Below, piece after piece: positions 56,836 to 64,000 of a DNA stretch of 64,000 nucleotides (positions within the stretch are counted from its first letter, which is position 1; every line of letters begins with the position of its first letter). The notes under the pieces were generated by a model. That model saw only the letters and a list, made by a program, of their open reading frames with translations. It was not told where the DNA came from and searched no databases. Location of the stretch: the NCBI GenBank assembly GCA_021790255.1, contig JAJYIE010000002.1, positions 413 through 64,412 of the forward strand, given 5' to 3'. A program made the position numbers and the translations under genes. The DNA comes from a bacterium. Its GTDB lineage: Bacteria; Patescibacteriota; Microgenomatia; Daviesbacterales; UBA10151.

Positions 56836-57213
56836 ATGACTGAAAGAGATCCTGGTGAAAACCATTTATTCAGGGGTGATTGGCCTAATGTGGAGAGGAA
56901 AGTCAAAAATTATGCCTTAGGCAACGCGGTGGCATGGGAAGAGATCCAGCCGATTTTGGAAAGCTCTGTGGAAGATTATCCCGAAAAGTATAAGCCATAT
57001 TTGGGGCCGCTGGAAAAAATTTTTGGTATCAGGAGAAGTATGTATTTGGGAATGATTGCTGATGGAGAGGCGCGCCGGGAAATTATCCGTGTACAGGGTG
57101 GTATGAGTGAAGAGGCCGATCAGGCTATTATTACCATCAACAGGCTGCTGGAGAGATTTTTCGAGCGTACTGTCCCTCCCAGGAAATTTTCCCGCAGGTC
57201 TAACGAAGACTAA
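56836..57213 (+). CDS. hypothetical protein
   Basis: ORF from MTERDPGEN. No family recognised. Confidence 0.55.
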   Translation: MTERDPGENHLFRGDWPNVERKVKNYALGNAVAWEEIQPILESSVEDYPEKYKPYLGPLEKIFGIRRSMYLGMIADGEARREIIRVQGGMSEEADQAIITINRLLERFFERTVPPRKFSRRSNED

Positions 57214-58895
57214 AATAGCTGACCCAGATCAACCTCCGTGACAGCTGCCCTCTTTTCTGACCCAAATTTATTAATTACCCGCGGATGGATTTCTGCTAAA
57301 ATTCCCACATGCTGATCTTCTTGGAAGAGACCGGAGTGGCGGGTTGGGTGGATAAGGTCGCCGCCGCTTTCGTCGCGTTTTGCTTCTAGGTGCAAATTTA
57401 ATTTTTTGTACAAGGCACTAATAACGGCATTCAGCTCAGCTGCCGGATTCAGGCCGTTTCCAGACATAGCAATTGCCAGGTGGTAATGCTCATCCGGCTT
57501 ACCACTCTTCTGCCAGTGGTACACTTTGCCGATTTCAAAAACAGCCACATCATCCCGGTATTTCAAATTTTCAGTGGTTTTTTCTAGGAGGTTTGGCCAA
57601 ATTAAATCGCGCATATATTCCGTTTCTTTGGACATGGGGTTGGCAATACGGACTAAATTATCCCGCTCGGCTTCCAGGTTGTCTAAAACCGCTGTGGAGT
57701 AAAAAGAGTAGGTTTGGATTTCCGTCAGGCCAAGTTTAACCAGCTCCGCCTTAACTTTGGAAATTGTTTCAAACAAACTTTGGTCAACTTTTTCCGGTTC
57801 ATTACCCGAAATCTCTCTGGCAGGAATGTTTTCGTAGCCGTACATGCGGGCGATTTCCTCGATTATATCCTCCTCAACTGCGATATCAAGACGAAAATAA
57901 GGCGGTTTGATTTCCCATTGCCCCTCGCCAACCGGCCTGACCATAAAGTGCAGTTTGGTGAGTGATTCTTCGACAAACTCAGAGGCAATATTAATACCGA
58001 TCAGGGAATTTAATTTGTTTCGGGTGAGTTTAATGATTGGTGTAGCCGATGGAAATCCACCGACAATATTAACCGCTGTCAGTTTTCCGCCCAGCTGCCC
58101 ATACATCTTAATAGCTGCCTGAAGAGCCTGGAAAAGCCGTTCTTCGGTTAAACCATGCTGGAACCTTTTGCTGGCCTCGGAGATTAAAGCCAGCCGCCCG
58201 GAAGCGGCCCGCAGGGCCAGCGGGTCAAAAATGGCTGCCTCCAGCAGTATGGTTTTTGTTTTCTCACTAATTTCGCTGTTTTTGCCGCCCATGACTCCGG
58301 CTAGCCCGAGTGCTTTCTCCGGATCGGCAATGAGCAAATCGGTCGGCAAAAGCTCGCGGGTTTTGTTATCTAAAGTAATAAGGTTTTCGCTTTGTTTGGC
58401 GGTACGGACGAAAATAGTTTCGCCTGTAACAGTTGCGGCGTCGAAAGCGTGCAGCGGCTGACCGTATTCCAGCATAACCAGGTTGGTGACATCAGCAACA
58501 TTGTTAACTGCCCGCATGCCGCTCTCTTCCAATTTCTTCATCCATTTTTCGGGAGATTTACCAACTGTTAAATTTTCAATTTTAGCGATGCAGTAAAGCG
58601 GCGCCAGTTCCGGATTTTCCACTTTAACCGGGGTAGATGGTAGATCAGGAAAGTTCGGAGAACTATTTTCGTAATTATCAAAATTAAGAGTCGAGCCGGT
58701 AATAGCAGCGATTTCAGTGGCAACGCCGTGCATTGACAATAGGTCAGCCCGGTTGTACCCCTTCATATCTAATTCAATAAACCTGTCGGTAATTTCTTTG
58801 GTGCCGATGGTGCGCAGGGGCAACAAATGAATCACTTCATCAACTGACACATTTAAGTTAACTAGTTCTTTTAGCCAATCGATTGAAACGAGCAT
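57210..58895 (-). CDS. pheT: phenylalanine--tRNA ligase beta subunit (short, lacks B2 and B8)
   Basis: NRADLLS, GQPLHAFD, RLDI..EEDIIEEIARMYGY, NPMS, FEIG. Confidence 0.93.
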   Translation of the reverse strand: MLVSIDWLKELVNLNVSVDEVIHLLPLRTIGTKEITDRFIELDMKGYNRADLLSMHGVATEIAAITGSTLNFDNYENSSPNFPDLPSTPVKVENPELAPLYCIAKIENLTVGKSPEKWMKKLEESGMRAVNNVADVTNLVMLEYGQPLHAFDAATVTGETIFVRTAKQSENLITLDNKTRELLPTDLLIADPEKALGLAGVMGGKNSEISEKTKTILLEAAIFDPLALRAASGRLALISEASKRFQHGLTEERLFQALQAAIKMYGQLGGKLTAVNIVGGFPSATPIIKLTRNKLNSLIGINIASEFVEESLTKLHFMVRPVGEGQWEIKPPYFRLDIAVEEDIIEEIARMYGYENIPAREISGNEPEKVDQSLFETISKVKAELVKLGLTEIQTYSFYSTAVLDNLEAERDNLVRIANPMSKETEYMRDLIWPNLLEKTTENLKYRDDVAVFEIGKVYHWQKSGKPDEHYHLAIAMSGNGLNPAAELNAVISALYKKLNLHLEAKRDESGGDLIHPTRHSGLFQEDQHVGILAEIHPRVINKFGSEKRAAVTEVDLGQLF

Positions 58896-59936
58896 CTAGA
58901 ATTTCTCCAAAAATTTCAGATCGCCTTTTAAAAGCTCTCGGATATCATCAAAACCATACTTGAGCATCATGATCCGCCCAACTCCCGGTCCCCAGGCAAT
59001 CCCTGAGTAAATTTCGGGATTAATACCGCCGTTTTTTAAGACGGTTGGGTGAATCATACCGGCGCCGGCAACTTCCAACCAGCCGGTGCCGCCGCAAACT
59101 TTACACCCTTGGCCGTGACAGAAGATGCACAAGCCGTCAATACCAACTCCCGGCTCAACGAATGGGTAATACTTTGGACGCAGTCTGACCTTGATGTCTT
59201 TTCCGACGGTGTTTTGTAAAAAATATTCCGACAAGTACTGCAAATTAGTCATACTTACACCTTTATCAATATAAACCAGTTCGAATTGCTCGAAAGTGTG
59301 CTCGTGGCGGGCATCTAGGTTTTCGTAGCGGTAGCAACGGCCGATGCTCATCATTCGAATGGGTGGTGTGAAATCGCGCATAATTCTTACTTGGGCGTTA
59401 GAGGTGTGAGTCCGCAGCAGCAATTCGCCTGGGCTGTAACCGGTTTTTTGGGGATCAATATAAAGAGTGTCCCAGAGGTCGCGGGCTGGATGGCCTTCCG
59501 GGATGTTTAACAACCCGAAATTATATTCGTCGGTATCGATTTGCGGCGCGTCGAATTGCTGAAAACCGAGCTTTTCAAACAGGTCAACAGTTTCCTGAAT
59601 AAATTGAGTCGTGGGATGAAGATGTCCATGCCTTGGCTTAATTTCCGCCGTGCCGAGATCATATTTTTCCGTGGTTAATTTAGCGTAACTTTCTTCCCGG
59701 ACTGCCTGTCGGCGGTTTTCGATAGCGTTGTCTAATTCATGTTTGGTTTGATTAAACAATGGTCCGATTTTTTGCAGTTCTTCCATGGGTAATTTACCAA
59801 ACTCCTTTGGTAAAAGCGTGATGACGCCGTTTTTGCCGAATAACGCCAAAAAAAGCTCATCCAGTTCTTTTAAAGTTTTAGCCTGGTTTATATTCAAAAA
59901 ATAATCAGTTTTAATTTTGTTTAACTTTTCTTCCAT
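58896..59936 (-). CDS. pheS: phenylalanine--tRNA ligase alpha subunit
   Basis: HPARDLWDT, LLRTHTS, YPFVEPG, WLEVAGAG. Confidence 0.96.
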   Translation of the reverse strand: MEEKLNKIKTDYFLNINQAKTLKELDELFLALFGKNGVITLLPKEFGKLPMEELQKIGPLFNQTKHELDNAIENRRQAVREESYAKLTTEKYDLGTAEIKPRHGHLHPTTQFIQETVDLFEKLGFQQFDAPQIDTDEYNFGLLNIPEGHPARDLWDTLYIDPQKTGYSPGELLLRTHTSNAQVRIMRDFTPPIRMMSIGRCYRYENLDARHEHTFEQFELVYIDKGVSMTNLQYLSEYFLQNTVGKDIKVRLRPKYYPFVEPGVGIDGLCIFCHGQGCKVCGGTGWLEVAGAGMIHPTVLKNGGINPEIYSGIAWGPGVGRIMMLKYGFDDIRELLKGDLKFLEKF

Positions 59937-60073
59937 TGTGTTTAATTTTAGCATAGGATAGATTTATACACTATTGATATGCGATCCACCGGTAAGCGGA
60001 TCTGAGGATTTACCTATATTCCACTTTTGGCAGCAGAGAAGATTTATCCTCTGCCGCCTTATGTGGTTACTAT

Positions 60074-60469
60074 TCACATTCCCAAAACCGGATGGCGCCT
60101 AAGGATATTGTCCAATCTTGTGGCTGATGATGTCTGACTTTGAAAAAGGTCATTAAGTGGCGGAGCAGCTACTTTTTTCACCAGCAACGCGTAACCTCTA
60201 CCCAGTTCATGAGATGCAAATCCTTTTGCCGAAACCATAACTATTCGCCGTTTGTTGCCTGGGTTGACCAGCTCAATGTCACCACTCAAAATATACTTAC
60301 GGCCGCCCGGACGGACATTTATCCCGGCACATTTGATAATCAGTTCGCCTGCTGATGTTAAATAAGTGCCTGATTTATCCTCAGCAATTTGTGCAAGCAA
60401 CTGGGTGTTTGCTACTTTCTCTGCCTGGCTTTGTGATTCAAGGTAATGCTCAAGTTCAATAGATAGCAT
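60074..60469 (-). CDS. hypothetical protein directly downstream of T-box
   Basis: Strong SD GGAAGGAGG 8 nt before the ATG. No family recognised. Confidence 0.65.
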   Translation of the reverse strand: MLSIELEHYLESQSQAEKVANTQLLAQIAEDKSGTYLTSAGELIIKCAGINVRPGGRKYILSGDIELVNPGNKRRIVMVSAKGFASHELGRGYALLVKKVAAPPLNDLFQSQTSSATRLDNILRRHPVLGM

Positions 60470-60517
60470 TATTCTCACCTCCTTCCACGGTCATACTAAT
60501 ACTAACCTCTAATGACT

Positions 60518-60790
60518 AAAAAAGCCCCTGTAAACCCTCCGGTACTTCGGCTGCGCCTGGTACTAAAGAATTTACAAGGGCCCTTTGACTCGCTATGCTT
60601 GCTTAGGACTGTGCCACCTTGTGCCGTTGATTCTTAACAAAAATCCCCTTGCGGGGAGTATGTCAGAATTAACCTTATTCATGACATGCTCCGCAAACTT
60701 GCGACACATGTTGTTGACTTTTACAGTTTCGCCTCTGTCGCATATTTTTGCGCTCCTCCCCGGTCCCAACCTTCCGGATCAACGGATTTT
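60518..60790 (-). promoter_or_regulatory. T-box riboswitch with ultrashort stem I, antiterminator and terminator
   Basis: GATCCGG-loop-CCGGGGAG stem I; CAAGG-TGGCACA-GTCC...GGGC-CCTTG antiterminator; GCCCTTGTAAA...TTTACAGGGGC-T6 terminator; TGnTATAAT at 60809-60817. Confidence 0.75.
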
Positions 60791-60849
60791 TTATTCAGTT
60801 ATGAAAGTATTATATCACAAAAAACAAACGGTTGAATTTGCGAAAGTAA

Positions 60850-61197
60850 TTAGGATATGGCTTCAGAAATGACTTTTTTGAATGCTTCGGGGCCTTTGAC
60901 TGCCAGCTCAGCTAAAATTTTACGGTCCAATAAAATATTTCTGGCTTTGAGCGCAGCTATGAACTTGGAATAGGAAATTCCTTCATTGTCTAGGGCGATG
61001 CCTATTTGGGTAATCCATAACCTGCGCAGATCCCGCCGGCGCTGTTTGCGTCCGGCAAAGGCATATTTCCCGGCATGCAGGGAAGCTTCCTTGGCCTGCT
61101 GGAAAACGTGACGGCGCCCCCCCTGGTAGCCTTTGACCAGGTTCAGCAGTTTTTTATGTTTTCGATGTGCTGTAACACCTCTTTTGACTCGCGACAT
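60850..61197 (-). CDS. rplT: 50S ribosomal protein L20
   Basis: MSRVKRGV, RRLWI, LDRKILAELA. Confidence 0.97.
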   Translation of the reverse strand: MSRVKRGVTAHRKHKKLLNLVKGYQGGRRHVFQQAKEASLHAGKYAFAGRKQRRRDLRRLWITQIGIALDNEGISYSKFIAALKARNILLDRKILAELAVKGPEAFKKVISEAIS

Positions 61198-61202
61198 ATT
61201 TT

Positions 61203-61355
61203 TTAGATATTATTGTTGTTTTTCCCCCGGACCTTGAGATAATTCCAGACCCTTTGATGCCAGGTACCACGCTGCACGCTGGCGTAAGCCTGTGCTCCCC
61301 TATTGCCGGCCATGGAACTTCTTGTCTGGCGATAATTTTTTGTGTTTTTACCCAT
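61203..61355 (-). CDS. small basic 50-aa ORF between rpmI and rplT
   Basis: ATG 1 nt after rpmI stop, stop 5 nt before rplT ATG. MGKNTKNYRQTRSSMAGNRGAQAYASVQRGTWHQRVWNYLKVRGKNNNNI. Confidence 0.55.
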   Translation of the reverse strand: MGKNTKNYRQTRSSMAGNRGAQAYASVQRGTWHQRVWNYLKVRGKNNNNI

Positions 61356-61356
61356 A

Positions 61357-61554
61357 TTATTTTCCGATCATCCTCTTTAATGTTTTTTCCAACCGTCCCC
61401 TTATGACCATTGGCACTTTATGCCGGCGCAGAGCCTGTTTGCTTTTGTTGCGGCGCAAATGGCCGGAACGAAGCTGATGTGAACGCAACAGCTTACCGCT
61501 GCCGCTCAGCTTAACCTTTTTTAGTAATGTTTTATTTGTTTTGACTTTCGGCAT
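61357..61554 (-). CDS. rpmI: 50S ribosomal protein L35
   Basis: MPKVKT...SGSGK...HLRRNKSK. Confidence 0.95.
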   Translation of the reverse strand: MPKVKTNKTLLKKVKLSGSGKLLRSHQLRSGHLRRNKSKQALRRHKVPMVIRGRLEKTLKRMIGK

Positions 61555-62086
61555 TTACAATCTCCTGTTTTGGTTTGATTTTGGCCATCCCGATGATTGT
61601 TGTCATGTTCCTGCCTTCAAATTTGGTTTCCCGCTCCACAATAACTTTCTCCCCCCAAAACTTCAAAGCATTTTCCACAACCTTGTAACCCTGCTCTGGG
61701 TGAGCCATCTCCCGCCCTCGAAACTTAACTGTCAGCTTAACCTTATCCCCTTCTTCCAAAAACTCATTTGCCTTTTTAAGCCTTGTCTCCAGGTCATGGG
61801 CAGCAATCCGCGGAGACAGCCAGACCTCTTTTAACTCTACCTCCCGGACCCTCTTGCGGGCTGCCTGTTCCTTTTTATCTTCCTGATATTTAAATTTCTC
61901 AAAATCAACAATGCGGGCAACCGGCGGCTGGGCGTTTTCTGCAACCTCTACCAGATCCAGTTCCTGCTCTGCTGCCTTTGCTAAAGCTTCTTCCCGGCTA
62001 ATGACACCCAACTGGGCACCATCGGCGTTAATTACCCGCAGTTCCTGCGCTTGGATCCGTTCGTTAATGCGATAATACTTACCTAT
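61532..62086 (-). CDS. infC: translation initiation factor IF-3, ATA start
   Basis: RINERI..ELRVI, LDLVEV, KFRGRE. In-frame ATA at 62086 after GGAGG SD. Confidence 0.95.
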   Translation of the reverse strand: MGKYYRINERIQAQELRVINADGAQLGVISREEALAKAAEQELDLVEVAENAQPPVARIVDFEKFKYQEDKKEQAARKRVREVELKEVWLSPRIAAHDLETRLKKANEFLEEGDKVKLTVKFRGREMAHPEQGYKVVENALKFWGEKVIVERETKFEGRNMTTIIGMAKIKPKQEIVNAESQNK

Positions 62087-62186
62087 CTTTTAACCTCCGC
62101 AAGTTTTAGGGCTCCGAGTATAGATATTATCATAAATTAGCCTTGGATTCAATGGTTCGACTCCTTATGGCCGCCCACCACAAGTC

Positions 62187-63941
62187 TTAGGCTTTTTTCT
62201 CCTTAATCTCCTCTGTTATTTTACTAATAAACTTGTCGATTGTCATTACGCCTAAATCATCTCCGGCTCGTGTCCGTACGGTTACTTGCCCGGCTTCCTG
62301 TTCCCTTCCGCCGATGATTAACATGTAAGGGACTTTTTGCATCTGGGCGTCGCGGATTTTAGCTTGCATCTTCTCCGACCGGTCGTCAAGTTCTGCCCGG
62401 ATGCCTACAGACAATAATTGTTCGAATACTTTTTGGCTATATTCATTCTGGCGATCGGTAATGGGTATAATTTGCACCTGAACCGGGGAAAGCCAGGCCG
62501 GCAAAGCCCCAGCATAGTGTTCCAACAAAAAAGCCATTGTTCGCTCAAATGCCCCAATTGAAGAACGATGAATAACTATTGGTTCTTTTTCCTTGCCGTC
62601 TTTATCAATGTATTTGAGGTCAAAGCGTTTGGGCATGACAAAATCGTATTGGATCGTGAATGCTGTTTCTTCCTTACCGCTGACAGTTTTTACTTGGATG
62701 TCGATCTTTGGGCCGTAAAAAGCTGCTTCTCCTCCTGCTTCAGAAAATGGCTGTTTGGTTTCAGTTAAAACCCCTCGCAGTACATTTTCGGCATAATCCC
62801 AGGCAGCATCATCTTGATAGTATTTTTTCTCATCCGACCTGTCTCCTAAAGAAAGCCGGTAGCGGTAATCTTCTCTCTTCTTAAGCCCTAAAGCTTTATT
62901 GACATAATCAATTAAGTCCAGCACATCTTTAATAACACCCTTAGCCTGCTCGGGAGCAGCAACAATGTGAGCATCGGCCAGACAAAAAGTCCGTACCCGG
63001 CTTAAACCGGTCAGTTCACCACTTTTTTCATAACGGAATTGAGAGGCAAGTTCGGCTATTTTTAACGGCAAATCTTTATAACTTCTCGTTTGAGACTTAT
63101 AGATCATAAAATGATGAGGGCAAGTCATCGGGCGTAATATAAGCTCCTCTTCGTCGATTTTCATTGGAGGATACATGGTATCTTTGTAATAAGGATAATG
63201 GCCGGACGTACGGTAAAGATCGACTTTGGCCAAATGTGGAGTGACGACATGCTGGTAACCTCTTCTTATTTCTTCATCCACAACGAACCGCTCCAACTCT
63301 CTTCTGATAGTTGCTCCTTTAGCAGTCAGCAGCGGCAAGCCCTTTCCTACTAGGTCGGAGAAAACAAACAGTCCTAAGTCCTGGCCAATTCGTCGGTGGT
63401 CTCTTTTCTTGGCTTCCTCCAGCATATTCAGATAGTTATCCAACTCTTCTTGAGTTGAGAAGGCTGTACCGTAGATTCTGGTGAGCATTTTGTTTTTTTC
63501 ATCTCCCCGCCAATAAGCGCCGGCTAAAGAAAGCAGTTTGAAAGCTTTGATTTCCTGGTTTGGTTTTTCCAGATGGCCGCCGCGGCAAAGGTCTTCGAAA
63601 TTACCGGTTTTGTATAAAGTGATAGGCTGATTGTCTTTTTCCAGATCATTGATTAGCTCCAGCTTGTATGGGTTGTCGGCGAAGATTTTTCTGGCCTCGT
63701 CAGCGGAAATTTCCCGTTTTTCTGCTTTATCCCACGATCTTACCAGCTCCCCCATTTTGGCTTCAATTTTGGGCAACTCTTCTTCTGAAATGGTTTTGTT
63801 TAACTCAATGTCGTAATAAAAGCCATTCTCAATCACCGGCCCGATAGTGGGTTTGGCGCCGGGGAAAAGTTCTACCACGGCAGCGGCCAAAAGATGGGCA
63901 GTGGTATGTCTTAGATTGTTTAATTGTTCCTGGTTGTCCAT
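62187..63941 (-). CDS. thrS: threonine--tRNA ligase (no TGS domain)
   Basis: RHTTAHLLA, DLCRGGH, RDHR, RPMTCPHH, AFYGPKID. Confidence 0.97.
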   Translation of the reverse strand: MDNQEQLNNLRHTTAHLLAAAVVELFPGAKPTIGPVIENGFYYDIELNKTISEEELPKIEAKMGELVRSWDKAEKREISADEARKIFADNPYKLELINDLEKDNQPITLYKTGNFEDLCRGGHLEKPNQEIKAFKLLSLAGAYWRGDEKNKMLTRIYGTAFSTQEELDNYLNMLEEAKKRDHRRIGQDLGLFVFSDLVGKGLPLLTAKGATIRRELERFVVDEEIRRGYQHVVTPHLAKVDLYRTSGHYPYYKDTMYPPMKIDEEELILRPMTCPHHFMIYKSQTRSYKDLPLKIAELASQFRYEKSGELTGLSRVRTFCLADAHIVAAPEQAKGVIKDVLDLIDYVNKALGLKKREDYRYRLSLGDRSDEKKYYQDDAAWDYAENVLRGVLTETKQPFSEAGGEAAFYGPKIDIQVKTVSGKEETAFTIQYDFVMPKRFDLKYIDKDGKEKEPIVIHRSSIGAFERTMAFLLEHYAGALPAWLSPVQVQIIPITDRQNEYSQKVFEQLLSVGIRAELDDRSEKMQAKIRDAQMQKVPYMLIIGGREQEAGQVTVRTRAGDDLGVMTIDKFISKITEEIKEKKA

Positions 63942-64000
63942 AAAAAATCCCCTCCTCCTTCGACTGCCTCAGGATTCAGGGACCCGGTTTCAGGTGGTTC
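63942..64000 (-). promoter_or_regulatory. 3' end of probable thrS T-box (antiterminator plus terminator/SD sequestrator), cut by window edge
   Basis: Minus strand begins GAACC-ACC...GGT-CCCT (tail of the UGGNACC bulge and helices), then a TCCCT...AGGGGA hairpin and T6 before the ATG. Confidence 0.6.

Noticed and set aside
60764-60785. TCCGGAAGG resembling SRP RNA domain IV or a c-di-AMP riboswitch start
   Set aside because: Lacks the CAGG/AGCAG internal loop and the riboswitch 3' motifs. The T-box explains it better.
60585-60872. 95-aa plus-strand ORF
   Set aside because: Antisense to the T-box leader and its promoter, with no protein-like features.

Overview
Chromosomal window from a small-genome bacterium. 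Gene content and style point to Patescibacteria/CPR, probably Microgenomates (inference). Standard genetic code. In order: a cell-wall cluster (murD, murC, D-Ala-D-Ala dipeptidase, NlpC/P60), gyrB preceded by a ~180-nt promoter-driven hairpin RNA (6S-like), holB-like, a 15-kb type IV pilus locus (pilB/T/C, major pilin, pilD, ten further pilin-like genes including two PilV/W/X-like sets, pilM/N/O, no secretin), trmD-khpA-rpsP, rnc-ACP-like-nusB-rpmF-recG, decayed orphan genes, an archaeal-type TyrRS, an ABC exporter, glucan phosphorylase and phosphomutase, an F-type ATP synthase operon interrupted twice (carbonic-anhydrase-like gene after atpA; ~1.6 kb before atpC), cupin PGI, dus, a C1:G72 short-variable-arm tRNA-Tyr followed by two tRNA-like 3'-end relics, a class A PBP, pheT/pheS, rplT-rpmI-infC and thrS. 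Best unannotated signals: an ultrashort-stem-I T-box whose specifier loop lacks a Phe codon (best fit Trp) and that directly controls an orphan gene; the 6S-like RNA at gyrB; the matched archaeal-type TyrRS/tRNA-Tyr pair; tRNA-like CCA-ending relics; a 50-aa basic ORF between rpmI and rplT; an ACP lacking its phosphopantetheine serine; and a REP-like hairpin family embedded in T-box loops. No CRISPR, rRNA, integrase or intact transposase seen. All calls are by eye, with no database searches.
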